From Candidatus Bathyarchaeota archaeon (GTDB lineage: Archaea; Thermoproteota; Bathyarchaeia; 40CM-2-53-6): a stretch of DNA of 64,000 nt. The notes beneath the pieces are model-generated. The model was not told the DNA's origin. It saw nothing but the letters and a program-made list of their open reading frames with translations, and made no database searches. The position numbers and the translations under genes are program-made. Position 1 is the first letter of the stretch. Every line of letters starts with the position of its first letter. Location of the stretch: NCBI GenBank assembly GCA_963706285.1, contig CAVPLU010000004.1, forward strand, positions 224,001 through 288,000. The letters are read 5' to 3'. Positions 43,374 through 54,591 of the stretch are shown here, piece by piece.

Positions 43374-45203
43374 GTGGCTCCTGCTAGCGTGATTGAGATG
43401 TCATCAGAACAACGCTTTGTCCCCGATACTTCAGCGATAATTAACGGAAGAATATCTGAGATCATTGAAAGAGGAAATGTGGCGGAAGTAATCATACCGC
43501 ACGCCGCGTTGGATGAACTGCAGGCGCAAGCGTCGAAAGGTAGAGAGGTCGGTCACATCGGTCTCGCTGAATTGAAGAGACTTCGGGCAGTTTGCGAGCA
43601 GAAGAACATCAAGCTCACGTTTATGGGTTCGAGACCTGACCTCGACCAAATCAAGTTGGCAAGGAGCGGCAGACTTGATGCCCTAATCATAGATGTTGCG
43701 AGGAAGGAAAACGCGACTCTTGTGACGGCGGACTATGTGCAAGCTCTCGTGGCAGAAGTGCAGGGCCTCAAGGTGCTTTACTCAGCGCCTCTAGTGAAAA
43801 CGGAGGGGCTCATCTTCGAGAACCTCTTCACGCCTGAGACAGCAAGCGTACATGTGAAGGAGGGGACTTTGCCGCTTGCTAAGCGAGGGAAGCCTGGCAA
43901 GTTCGAGCTCGTAAAGATATCCGACCGACTGACTACCAACGAAGAACTCGAGCAGATCATCAAGCAAATAAATGATGCAGCCCACGTTAGCGACGAAGGA
44001 TTCGTAGAAATCAGCCGCATAGGCGCTTCAGTGATACAGCTGGGCAGGTACAGAATCGCGATTACGAGGCCCCCGTTCTCTGACGGACTGGAAGTCACCA
44101 TCGTGAGACCAGTCGTATCGTTACGTCTCGAAGATTATCGTCTGTCAGAGAAACTGATGGAGCGGCTGAAATCGAAAGCTGAAGGAATCCTTATTGCAGG
44201 ACCTCCTGGGTCAGGCAAGACCACATTCGCATCCTCGCTTGCCGAATTCTATTGGAGTCAGAGCAAGATCGTCAAGACTCTGGAGTCTCCGCGAGACCTC
44301 CAAGTGAGTCCCGAGATTACACAGTACGGTCCGCTAGAGGGTGACTTTGAGAACACGGCTGAGATCTTGCTCCTCGTGAGGCCGGATTATACGGTTTTTG
44401 ATGAGGTTAGAAAGACCAAGGATTTCCAAGTCTTTGCGGATATGCGTCTCGCCGGGGTTGGCATGATAGGAGTCGTGCATGCTACAGACGCCATCGATGC
44501 GGTGCAGCGATTCGTCGGCCGTGTTGAGCTGGGGATGATTCCCCACATAATCGATACGATAATCTTCATCCGATACGGGGAAGTGATCAACGTTTTTTGC
44601 CTCAACCTAGTTGTGCGGGTCCCAAGTGGCATGACCGAAGCCGACCTGGCTCGACCGCTCGTGGAGGTAACGGATTTCGAGACAGGGAAGCTCGAATACG
44701 AGATGTACACCTTCGGTGAAGAGAATGTCATAGTACCCGTTACTGAGGCCGCCCCTCAAGTATCCGGAGCACGCAAACTGGCTGCCGAAAGAGTCCTCCA
44801 AGAGGTCCGTCGATTTGATCCTCAGGCCGAGGTAACATTTGTTTCCGATAACAAAGCCGTTCTGAAAGTAGACAGCGAGTCAATCCCGCTGTTGATCGGG
44901 AAGAAAGGTGTCACGATATCGAAACTCGAAAAATCCCTAGGCATCCATATTGATGTCGAACCGGCGACTCCTACAGGTGGAAACGAAATGCGCTTCAAGA
45001 TTGCTGAGATTGGAAATAGGATCGACTTGGAATTCGACAAGAAGAGCATCGGCCAGGTTGCGAGCGTCTATGTTGACAACGAGTACCTCTTCTCCGCTAC
45101 TGTCGGGAAGAAAAGCCAAATCCGAGTCTCCAAAGAATCCGACCTAGGAAAATCGTTACTGCATGCAATAGTTCGCAAGAAAACGATTAAGATCTTGGCC
45201 TAG
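43374..45203 (+). CDS. PINA: PIN domain + ATPase + KH protein
   Basis: VPDTS PIN N-terminus, GPPGSGKT, ESPRDL, FDEVR, KH-like IGKKG. Confidence 0.9.
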   Translation: MAPASVIEMSSEQRFVPDTSAIINGRISEIIERGNVAEVIIPHAALDELQAQASKGREVGHIGLAELKRLRAVCEQKNIKLTFMGSRPDLDQIKLARSGRLDALIIDVARKENATLVTADYVQALVAEVQGLKVLYSAPLVKTEGLIFENLFTPETASVHVKEGTLPLAKRGKPGKFELVKISDRLTTNEELEQIIKQINDAAHVSDEGFVEISRIGASVIQLGRYRIAITRPPFSDGLEVTIVRPVVSLRLEDYRLSEKLMERLKSKAEGILIAGPPGSGKTTFASSLAEFYWSQSKIVKTLESPRDLQVSPEITQYGPLEGDFENTAEILLLVRPDYTVFDEVRKTKDFQVFADMRLAGVGMIGVVHATDAIDAVQRFVGRVELGMIPHIIDTIIFIRYGEVINVFCLNLVVRVPSGMTEADLARPLVEVTDFETGKLEYEMYTFGEENVIVPVTEAAPQVSGARKLAAERVLQEVRRFDPQAEVTFVSDNKAVLKVDSESIPLLIGKKGVTISKLEKSLGIHIDVEPATPTGGNEMRFKIAEIGNRIDLEFDKKSIGQVASVYVDNEYLFSATVGKKSQIRVSKESDLGKSLLHAIVRKKTIKILA

Positions 45204-45205
45204 AC

Positions 45206-46472
45206 TCAGCGACTGTACTGTTCCAGCTCAATTTTGACCGGCTTCTTCGTCAGCTTGTCAACCAACTGCTCGGTATCTTTCGTGAATTGCACAAGAGACT
45301 CTCTGAGTGTCTCAGTCTTCTCCAAGAGCAGCTTGGATCGACGCTCAAGATCTGTGTTTTGTGCTTGAAGGTTCTTCAGCTCTTGTTTCTTCTGTCTATA
45401 GGTGCGGATGAGTTCGAGACATGTCGGGTCCTGTCAAGTGAGTTCTTCGTTCACCCAGAAGCTTCGTAGCTTCGTGATGTATCCCATCAAGGCTATTCTT
45501 TTCTGCGACATTGTCGATTCTTTCAAGGACCTTCCTCTCCTCGCGCTGCTTTAGCAGAAGCTTCTTCCGTTCTATTGCCTGCTCCATGTTCTTGAGGATC
45601 GATTTCAGTGATGGGTATCCGTCTTCCTCGTGAATGAAGGTCGTGAATGGTCGCTTGAGGTATTCTGATAGTTTGTCTCTGACCTCAGGGGCCATTGGGA
45701 ATTCACCTCTGGCAGCCATCGCTTCCAGCTTTCGCAGAGGTCTCCCCAGACGCCTGAAACCGACGGTTAAGAGGTCTCCGCGAAGTTCTCTCATCCTGCC
45801 ATCGATCTTTCTCAGTTCCGCAATTTCGGGGGTAGCCACAAGTAACTCTATCTGGCGTTCAGCATCGGCGATTTGTGGGCTGATGCTTCCGGCCTCATCT
45901 GTCAGGTGCTTACACTCAGCCATTTGCTTCTGCAACGACTCTTCCAGATCTTGGATCTTCTTCACTCTGGTGTGGGCTTCTTCAATGCCGCGGAGTAAGC
46001 CCCCATCTTTGCTAAAGAGTTCCCATGCTTGCTCTCCAAGCCTACGAAGCCTGTCGATTGAGGCGTTGAGGCTCATCATGTCGAGGATGTAGTACGGGCG
46101 AACCTGTCCGATCCACCTTTCGCGTACCTTGGCTGCATCACTTGAGAGTTTCGTGGTAGCATCGCTGAATTGCTTCAATCCCTCATAGCTGTGAGGGTCA
46201 GCCGATGAATGGGCCGTGAGAAGATCTTGAAGTTCTAAGCACATTCGATTCACGGCACGTGCAGCTTTGTACACGGCTCTGTCGTTTCTTTTCTCAGTGG
46301 AGTCTTTGTCAGACTTCGCTGTGAGATCCAGTGCCACTTCCTTCAGCGAGGAGACTTGTGCCTCGATGTCGGTTTTGTTTTTCTCGATGGCCTTGTTGGC
46401 GTTAGCGATTTGGGTTCTTAACGTGTCTCTGAGCCAGGATTCTAGCTCATCAGGCCTGACAACGTCTTCCAT
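45206..46472 (-). CDS. Hypothetical coiled-coil protein (frameshift near 45430)
   Basis: Long charged helical ORF continuing in another frame to TGA at 45206. Confidence 0.7.
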
Positions 46473-46543
46473 TGGTCACCATGGCAATGTATATGAGCAA
46501 AACAATTGCGGTGTAGTCTCGCCCGAATCTAGGCTCGATCCTT

Positions 46544-48251
46544 TCAACGGGCGTCTTCTCGTAACGAGATCAAGCTCGTCTCCACGAGTTCCCGCGCCTT
46601 GTCGATGCGTTTGTTCAAGTCATCAAGCGCTCTCTCGTAAGCTTCTTTCGACATTTTTCCTGAGCGGTACTGAGTCTTGAAGTGTTCTTCGCCTAGTCGG
46701 TTCGCATCGATTTCAGCCTCAGCTTTCTCCATCCGCATGATCATCTCACCGTATCTGACGTGGGACGACTTGAGATCCTCCTTGAGAGGCTGAAGTGCCT
46801 TGGCCAGCTCAGCCATACGATACTCGATAGTCTTACGCCTGCGTCTGTACTCGTGCTTGTTGAGTGCACCTCGAGCAAGATCCTGAGACATCCTGTCTAA
46901 CTCGAGTCTTAATGCAGTTCGGCCGTCGTAGAGTTCCACGAATTGTTTTAGTTTGTCGGAAGGAACAGGGATCTTCAACGTTGCGGGTTTCCGCGTCTTG
47001 GAAACGACAATAACGGCTGCCACTGCTAACTCGACAATGGCAAGCCAAGTCAGAATCAGAGAGCCCGACCAGAATGGAGCGTAGGTGTATTCGAGACTCA
47101 GTCCTAAGTCGGTATATGGCGTGACGTTGGTGAGCGTGTAGTCGAGGCTGCGATGGAGGAATGCCTGTGAGGTCGAGGATGGAGATGGAGAGGCGTTTCT
47201 CACTGCAAAGCCTTCTGGAATGACTATGCTGGTTTCAAGCTTCTCGATCACCCAATCCTTCAAGTTCGAGTAGAGCGAGACCCTGTACTTGTTCATACCC
47301 CACCAGCTTGTCTCCTCCACGTAGGTTGCCGGGTCTAGCTTGTACTTCAGCGTAAAAGTGAACGTGCGATTCGCTTCGATGCCACCTGAATACCTAGGGG
47401 CCACGGAAACGTCAGGGCCATCTTGAGGGGCATCCCAAAGTCGGCCAATTTGATCGTATGCCATAATATCGCTGGAATTCTTGGGAAGTGTAAGTTGGAT
47501 TGTCGAAACGGGGTTGCCCAAGCTCTCGAAGTCGTAGGTTTCGGAGACTTGTATGGATCCGTCCTGATCGAATCTGATCTCTCTTGCTACTTCGGGTACT
47601 CGGACAATGTACTGAGCTGTGGAGGTCATGTTCAGCACGAATGAACTTGTCGTGTATGGTTCTATTGGAGCGAAGGACCCATTGAGACGCAAGTAGCCGC
47701 CCACAGGAGCCTGCGTGAGTTTGAGCCATTCTGGAATCGAGAATGTTGATCCAGTTTCCGCCTTTATTGTCATGTTCTCTGAGATCCCTCTTACTTGAAG
47801 AATCGGAGTTGTTGTGTAATGGAATTGATATCCATGTCGCAACTGGGGTCAGGAGATTTGTATGGACGGATGTTACCGTGAACTTGTAGGTCTCGTCACG
47901 AGCTAGCGCTCGTCCAAAGTTGACCTTGAACCAGTAGGTCCCGCTTGAAGCTTCCAAGTCACGCTCAAGCGTGAGGCCCACGTTGTGATCATCTTGAGCA
48001 CTCAGGTACTTCAAACCTGTCGTCAGGTTTCTCGGAAGACCTATTGGAATTCCCTGCAAGGGAGTTGGAGAATTGTTTCCGACTGTGAAAGTGTCGTTGA
48101 CTGTCAGCAGACCCCAACTCGTGATTTGCGCAACCCTATCCACTTTAACTGTATAGTCTGACGCGGGTTGCGCGGTCACCGCCCAAGGCCCAGCAGTGAG
48201 AATGAAGATGATCATTAGAGCAGCGGCAGAAGCAACTATCTTTTCTCTCAT
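46544..48251 (-). CDS. Ribophorin I (OST1/RPN1)-like type I membrane protein (frameshift near 47830)
   Basis: Signal peptide; VDRVAQITSWGLLTVNDT and VAREIRF...G.I.VSETY; AYDQIG; VAPRY...FTLKY; TM; cytoplasmic coiled coil. Confidence 0.7.
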
Positions 48252-48422
48252 TCTCGGAACCCGTCCTTGCCATTTCTCTTTGAGTGCTCTATCGTGCGCG
48301 AAATTAACGCGACTAGCCCGACTTGGCTTCCACCTCAGTCGGCCATAAATCGCTTTCCACGACTTTTCGGCAACTCAATTGATGATCGCTATTTAAGAAT
48401 GCCGAACTTGTTCAATCTGTTC

Positions 48423-49229
48423 TCACTTTCCCAGCGGGGATCTCACGATTGTAGGAGAGAATGTCCGCCAGTCCGCTGGGGTGTTCTTCAATTTCCTTGC
48501 GGGTATTCCAACATAGATCGAGTGGGAAGGAACATCCTGCATTACGAGAGACTGAGCTCCAATGACGGCACCTTCACCAATCTCAATGGATGGCATAAGC
48601 AATGCGTTTGCGCCAATGCTTGCACCTCGCCGGACTGTTGGGCCGACGAGTTCTGTTTTCTTCTGAGCTACGTACTTATCATTGGTGAAAACAGCGTGCG
48701 GTCCCAGGAAGACTGAATCCTCAATCGTGGAATTAGTGCAAATGTAGCCGCCAGTCTGAATCGAGACCCTTTCACCTATACGACATGATCCGTCTATGAC
48801 AACGCCTGTTCCGATCAGAGTGTTCCTTCCGATCTGAACGTTCTCGCGAACCATCGCGTTGTGTCCGAAGGATACATTGTCACCTATTGAAACGTCGGAG
48901 TAGATGCATGTCCCCGACCTGATGATACAATTATTTCCTATGAGGAGTTGGCGTCTGCTAGGGGCATCATCTACGCTACGTTCATGGCGGATCGATTCGG
49001 TCAGCTCGGTTCTGGATGGAAAACCAAGTACGACATTGGGGCCAACAAAAGAATCCTGTCCAATCTTCGTCGGACCGTACACTATGGCGTTCGGTTCAAT
49101 TCTAACCCTTTCTCCAACCGTCACTTGTCCGAGGAGTTTTGCACCTTGTCCAATGGTACAGCTTGGAGTCAGGGAAGCGGCTTTGTCAACCCAAGCGCCG
49201 CCTTGGACTTGTGGAGTGGTTCTGGTCAA
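48423..49229 (-). CDS. Hexapeptide-repeat acyltransferase (sugar N-acetyltransferase-like)
   Basis: Extensive [LIV]G..x repeats, FTNDKY, GASIGANA, GIPAR. Confidence 0.88.
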   Translation of the reverse strand: MTRTTPQVQGGAWVDKAASLTPSCTIGQGAKLLGQVTVGERVRIEPNAIVYGPTKIGQDSFVGPNVVLGFPSRTELTESIRHERSVDDAPSRRQLLIGNNCIIRSGTCIYSDVSIGDNVSFGHNAMVRENVQIGRNTLIGTGVVIDGSCRIGERVSIQTGGYICTNSTIEDSVFLGPHAVFTNDKYVAQKKTELVGPTVRRGASIGANALLMPSIEIGEGAVIGAQSLVMQDVPSHSIYVGIPARKLKNTPADWRTFSPTIVRSPLGK

Positions 49230-49312
49230 AGTTCAACCTAGAACAGATGGGATTCTAACGCAAGATATTAGTCTGATTCCGAGGGAACGTCCATAGACAC
49301 GACTGATGACTG

Positions 49313-50704
49313 ATGAGCCAACCGCATCCTTTCATGCCCACCAGTGCTCGTAGAATCAAGGAGGAGATGCTACATGAGCTGGGAGTTCGCAATGTGGAGG
49401 TCCTCTTCGACGACATTCCCGAATCAATTAGGAAAGACTCTACTCTGAACCTGCCTTCGCATCGATCCGAGATGGAAGCCAGGCTAACGGTGGAGGGTCT
49501 GCTGTCGAAGAACCTCTCGACGAGGGAGGTTGTATCTTTCCTAGGGGGAGGAGTCTGGCCTCACTACGTTCCGGCTGCCGTGGACGAAATAGTTTCCCGG
49601 TCTGAATTCCTTACGTCCTACACTCCCTACCAACCGGAGATCTCGCAAGGTATCCTCCAAGCTCTGTTCGAATACCAAAGCATGATCGCGGAGCTGATGG
49701 GGATGGAGTATGCAAACAGCTCACTCTACGACTGGGCAACGGCCCTAGGAGAAGCTGCGAGAATGGCATCTCGCGTAACGGGTCGAGATGAATTCGTCAT
49801 TCCTCACTACGTCCAGCCTGAGAGGATCCAGACTCTGAAGACATTTTGCGAGCCTGCCAGGATACATGTAGTCGAAGTTGATCAGGATAGGCAAACCGGA
49901 GCAATCCTAGACAGCGACCTTCAGAAGAAGGTCGGCTCGAAGACTGCTGGCGTGTACGTTGAGAACCCATCGTACCTCGGCTTCTTTGAAGCCGGAGCGA
50001 AACGAATCGGAGAAATAGCGCACCAGAAAGGGGCCTTGTTCGTTGTCGGTGCCGATCCGATCTCGCTTGGATTGTTCGCGTCGCCCGGCGAGTTGGGCGC
50101 AGATATTGCCATTGGAGAAGGTCAGCCGCTTGGAAATCACATGAACTATGGCGGCCCTCTGCTCGGACTTTTCGCATGCAAGGATGAACGCTTGCTAAGG
50201 CAGATGCCCGGACGCCTGATTGGTGAGACGATAACCAAAGATGGCAGCTCGAAGGCTTTCACGATGGCACTTCAGACAAGAGAACAGCACATCCGGCGTG
50301 AGAGGGCCACCTCGAACATCTGCACGAATGAGGCACTCTGTGCATTGGCCGCTGCAGCATATCTTTCGCTGCTCGGCCCGAGCGGACTTGAGAGACTAGG
50401 CAAGATCATCCTAGACAACTCACACTACGCTATGCAACAACTGAAGGAACTGAAGGGTCTCAAGGTGCCGCTCTTTGAAGCACAACACTTCAAAGAATTC
50501 GTTGTTAGTTTCGAGGGCACAGGCCTTGCAGTCTCAAAAGTCAACGAGGAACTCGCCCGACGAGGCATTCAAGGGGGCATTTGCTTGCCCACTCAATTCC
50601 CCGAGCTCGGCCAATCCGCGCTCTACTGTGTGACCGAATGTCACACGCGCGAGAACATCGACCGACTCAGGACAACGATCGGAGCAATCTTGGAGGAGAG
50701 ATGA
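49313..50704 (+). CDS. gcvPA: Glycine dehydrogenase subunit 1
   Basis: YTPYQPEISQG.LQ.LFEYQ, QTREQHIRRERATSNICTN. Confidence 0.96.
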   Translation: MSQPHPFMPTSARRIKEEMLHELGVRNVEVLFDDIPESIRKDSTLNLPSHRSEMEARLTVEGLLSKNLSTREVVSFLGGGVWPHYVPAAVDEIVSRSEFLTSYTPYQPEISQGILQALFEYQSMIAELMGMEYANSSLYDWATALGEAARMASRVTGRDEFVIPHYVQPERIQTLKTFCEPARIHVVEVDQDRQTGAILDSDLQKKVGSKTAGVYVENPSYLGFFEAGAKRIGEIAHQKGALFVVGADPISLGLFASPGELGADIAIGEGQPLGNHMNYGGPLLGLFACKDERLLRQMPGRLIGETITKDGSSKAFTMALQTREQHIRRERATSNICTNEALCALAAAAYLSLLGPSGLERLGKIILDNSHYAMQQLKELKGLKVPLFEAQHFKEFVVSFEGTGLAVSKVNEELARRGIQGGICLPTQFPELGQSALYCVTECHTRENIDRLRTTIGAILEER

Positions 50705-52198
50705 TGACATTCAAACAGGCTCAATGGAATGAACCTCTCATCATCGAAAGATCTAGGGAAGGAATTGTGGGATTCTCTCTCCCAACCTGTGAAGAACTCG
50801 CCGTTCATGTTCCCGTCGAGCTCCTCCGCAAGAAACGTCCTAAGCTTCCAGAGGTGGCTGAGACTGATGTCATCCGTCACTATGTTCGATTGTCGCAAAT
50901 GAACTACGGTGTAGACCTTGGGATCTACCCGCTCGGGAGTTGCACGATGAAGTACAACCCGAAGGTGCTCGACAAGCTCGCAGCAAGCACAAAGATCCAG
51001 GACCTACATCCTTTGCAGGATGCTGCAACAGTGCAGGGCATTCTGAGAATACTTCACGAACTTTCTGAATGGCTTGCCGAAATAGTTGGGTTGCACAAAG
51101 TCTCCCTGCAGCCAGCCGCAGGCGCACACGGCGGAATTTGCTGGTGCAATGATCATCAGAGCCTTTCATAGACAAAACGGAGATCTGGAGAAGAGAGACG
51201 AGGTCATCGTTCCCGACTCGGCACATGGAACGAATCCGGCGAGCGCGACAATGGCGGGCTTCAAGGTTGTGGAGGTGCCTTCCAATCGGGATGGATGTGT
51301 GGATATCGATGCCCTTCGTGCCTCGCTCTCTGACAGAACGGCCGGCTTGATGCTCACGAACCCGAACACACTCGGAATATTCGAATCGGAGATCCTCGAG
51401 ATCGCCAGACTCGTCCACGAGGCCGGTGGTCTGCTCTATTATGATGGTGCAAACCTAAACGCGATGCTCGGAAAGGCCAAACCTGGACGAATGGGCTTTG
51501 ACATTGTACACATCAACATCCACAAGACGTTCGGCACTCCTCACGGGGGCGGAGGGCCTGGTTCAGGCCCGATTGCAGTCACCAAGGAGCTTGATGGATT
51601 CCTCCCCGTTCCCACCGTAGAGCAAGATCGTGACAGGTACTACTTGGACTTCAATCGGCCTAAGAGTATTGGAAAGATTCGAAGTTTCTGGGGAAACTCA
51701 TCAGTGCTGCTTCGTGCCTATGCGTACATCTTGATGATGGGACGCGAGGGACTTGAGGAAGTTGCTGAAGTCTCTGTTCTCAACGCAAACTACTTGGCAA
51801 AGAAATTGAGCCAAGTGCGTGGGTACGAATTGCCGTTCCCACACAGAGTCAGGAAACACGAGTTCGTTCTCAGCGCTGCCAAAATGACACATGAGACGGG
51901 CGTCACCGCTGCGCACCTCTCGAAGAGACTGCTTGATTTCGGAATTCACGCCCCCACAATCTACTTCCCACTGATTGTTGATGAAGCTATGATGATTGAA
52001 CCGACTGAAACGGTGAGCAAACAGGAACTGGACGGATTCATCACGGCCTTCTCGAAGGCAAGCGATGAAGCGTACACGAATCCCGATCTTGTGAAAGACT
52101 CTCCGAAGAACACGGCCGTTACCAGGATCGATGAAGTGAGAGCCTCCCATCCCAAGACCATGCAGCTGACATGGAAGCAGAAAGCGCAAACGATCTGA
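50701..52198 (+). CDS. gcvPB: Glycine dehydrogenase subunit 2 (frameshift near 51130)
   Basis: YPLGSCTMKYNP, SAHGTNPAS, YYDGANLN, HKTFGTPHGGGGPG. Confidence 0.95.
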
Positions 52199-52253
52199 GA
52201 AACGCAATTCTTTTCCTAGAGTTTGAATTCTACTCCAGACTGCCGGATATCTC

Positions 52254-52541
52254 ATGAAAGTCACGGTCAAATTCTTCGCGCTTGTAAGAGAACTCACAGG
52301 CAAGAGGGAGGAGGTCGTTGATTTGGACGACCAGGCGACGGTTCGAACTCTGCTGAGCAAGCTTGTGGAGGAATACGGCGTTAAGTTTCGCGATTACATA
52401 TTCGACCCTGTATCCAAGGAACCAAGAGGGCACTTGCAGTTTCTTATGGATGGGCGCAATGTTGCGCTTATGCAGGGCCTTGAAACGATTCTGAAAGAAG
52501 GGGCGAGTCTTGCGATCCTGCCTCCGGTGGGCGGGGGCTAG
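52254..52541 (+). CDS. MoaD/SAMP-type ubiquitin-like protein
   Basis: VKFFALVRE...ILPPVGGG C-terminus. Confidence 0.92.
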   Translation: MKVTVKFFALVRELTGKREEVVDLDDQATVRTLLSKLVEEYGVKFRDYIFDPVSKEPRGHLQFLMDGRNVALMQGLETILKEGASLAILPPVGGG

Positions 52542-52648
52542 AAGCTAAGCAAGATGAGGTGAACATCTGAGCCCTTGTTGAGCTCAGATTGTGAAGGACA
52601 TGCTATTTCTGCGATGAAGAGCGTCTTTGGGAGTAGCATGGTCGGTCA

Positions 52649-52693
52649 TGTAATTCAATTGTATTTCAATTGTAATACGTAACGCTATATAAG
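52649..52693 (+). promoter_or_regulatory. Three 11-bp-period repeats directly upstream of a TATA box
   Basis: TGTAATTCAAT TGTATTTCAAT TGTAATACGTA then CGCTATATAAG. Confidence 0.6.
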
Positions 52694-52756
52694 TCTCGTT
52701 CGATACTTGCATCACTCCGCAGCCAATCGCCCAGACAGATTCGGAGCCCTCTCAAC

Positions 52757-53836
52757 ATGGTTGTCAATCAAGCCCTCTCGTGCTTACCTCAACTCTACTC
52801 AAGATTCCCTCGCGTCTCAATCATAGGAGTTGGCAACGATGCAAACCACATTGTCAGCCAGATATTCGAGCAGGGAGGCTCAGGTGCCCAGTGCATATCA
52901 GTCGACACCGACAGCGCCAGCCTCGAAGATATCTACTCGCACGAGAAAGTGCTCATTGCAGAACATCCTGCTTCTGATACAGGATTTCCCAGCGATCGCG
53001 AAACCGGACAAGAAACCATCCAAGAGTGCACGAGCCTCATTACTCCACTGGTCATCGGCGCGGACGTCACGTTCATAATCGTTGGAACTGCCGATATAGC
53101 CAAACTTAGCATAGCATCGGCCACTGCAAGCGTGGCCCGAAAAATCGGGGCCGTAACGGTTGGATTGGCGATAATCCCGCCGGATTCGCAAAGAGATGAC
53201 GGGTTCATCGCTCCTCACGGACTTGCGCAAATGCGAAAAAGCTGCCACACCCTGGCGATTGTTGACACCGGCCGCTCAGAGCGACTCCTAGGATACACAC
53301 GCGAACTGAATGGCGATTTGTCGGAGAAGTTGACCATCGATATCGTATCGGGCCTATCTCAAGCTCTTGCATGCCCCAGTACCGTAAACATTGAACTCCC
53401 AGCGTTCCGAGAGCTGATGATGCATGGCGGAATCGCTCATGCGGGAATCGCCCACTCCTCCTCTGCCCTGAGAATAGAGGAAGCAACCCTGGGAGCTCTA
53501 AGAGGCCCCTTGCTCTATGACCAGATCACACGATACCGCGGCGCCCTCATTAACGTACGTGGCGACTCAAGCCTCACAATCGAGGAGGCTGAGAGAGCTG
53601 CCCAACTCATCACAGAGCGAGCAGGATGGAATGTGCCTGTCGTAATGGGAACTTTTGTCGATGAATCGTGGTATGAGGGATGCCAAGTTTCGCTCCTCCT
53701 AACGGGAGGCGTCTATCCGTACATCCCAGGCGGATACAGGAGAGTGCCCCTAGAAATGTATGAAATGGAACCAGACGGAGAAGATGAAACCCCCGTAAAC
53801 CTTGAGTTAGATCTGGATCAGTTGGAAGAGACTTAG
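52757..53836 (+). CDS. Divergent FtsZ-like protein lacking the GTP-binding signature
   Basis: VSIIGVG, ISVDTD, GADVTFII, VARKIGAVTV, GALINVRG..LTIEEAE follow the FtsZ layout; GGGTG(T/S)G absent. Confidence 0.8.
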   Translation: MVVNQALSCLPQLYSRFPRVSIIGVGNDANHIVSQIFEQGGSGAQCISVDTDSASLEDIYSHEKVLIAEHPASDTGFPSDRETGQETIQECTSLITPLVIGADVTFIIVGTADIAKLSIASATASVARKIGAVTVGLAIIPPDSQRDDGFIAPHGLAQMRKSCHTLAIVDTGRSERLLGYTRELNGDLSEKLTIDIVSGLSQALACPSTVNIELPAFRELMMHGGIAHAGIAHSSSALRIEEATLGALRGPLLYDQITRYRGALINVRGDSSLTIEEAERAAQLITERAGWNVPVVMGTFVDESWYEGCQVSLLLTGGVYPYIPGGYRRVPLEMYEMEPDGEDETPVNLELDLDQLEET

Positions 53837-53954
53837 AAGCGTCTACTTCCATCTTTTCGTGGATCTTAGACAACTCATTACTCATAATGGGCTACTTACG
53901 GTTCGAGGGGCTTTGGGTGCCACTCAGCAGCGAAAACAGGGATCATACTTTTTG

Positions 53955-54461
53955 TCAGGTGTAGTCCCCGAGGTAGACATCCAACTGTTTTGATCTACCG
54001 TCAACTTCTCTTCTATTGATCCAAGGCTCCTTCACTAATTCGGCAAGGTGCTTCTGGAAGTCTTTGAGCACTATATGCAAGAGTTTGAGCTCATCTCCCC
54101 CAACGCCCATCGGGGAATCAACTTGCTTGCGCAGAGAGCAAAGCATACTATAGTCTTGATTCTGAATATCTGACTTGATCTGTGGTCTTTTGGCAATCTG
54201 ATCTCTCTCGTAACATTCAATCGCTTCCAGGAACAATTCCCTGTTGTACTTGACTACTTCAGGAGATAAGACACCCAAATGTTTCACACATAAAAGAGAT
54301 GGAGTCCTAGCTCTTGATTCTTTCGCGAGAGGGGTGAGTTCATCGTCACCCTCGTTCGGGGGCTGTTGGGCGCTTCCTACAATGAGGATCGTTTCTGTTA
54401 CGGCATAGTCGCCAACTAACCCACCGTCCGTCGTCACAAGGCCCCTCCGGACACCTCCCAC
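53955..54461 (-). CDS. Hypothetical protein
   Basis: 168-aa ORF in a lower-GC stretch; no motif recognised. Confidence 0.45.
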   Translation of the reverse strand: MGGVRRGLVTTDGGLVGDYAVTETILIVGSAQQPPNEGDDELTPLAKESRARTPSLLCVKHLGVLSPEVVKYNRELFLEAIECYERDQIAKRPQIKSDIQNQDYSMLCSLRKQVDSPMGVGGDELKLLHIVLKDFQKHLAELVKEPWINRREVDGRSKQLDVYLGDYT

Positions 54462-54591
54462 GCACCAAAAATAGGCTCAAAATGGGTGGTTTTGTGTCTC
54501 TCATGTGCGGCGGTATTATGAATTTGTGGGAGGTTAGGGGTGGCTGTGTGTGGGGGCATTATCAAGTCTAGGGGTGTGTATGTATGTAGGT

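Noticed and set aside
1-52198. Programmed frameshifting or mass pseudogenisation (copA, ECF, trm5, grpE, guaA, gcvPB, etc.)
   Set aside because: Single-base indels hit essential and accessory genes alike with no shared slippery motif; long-read error is the simplest explanation.
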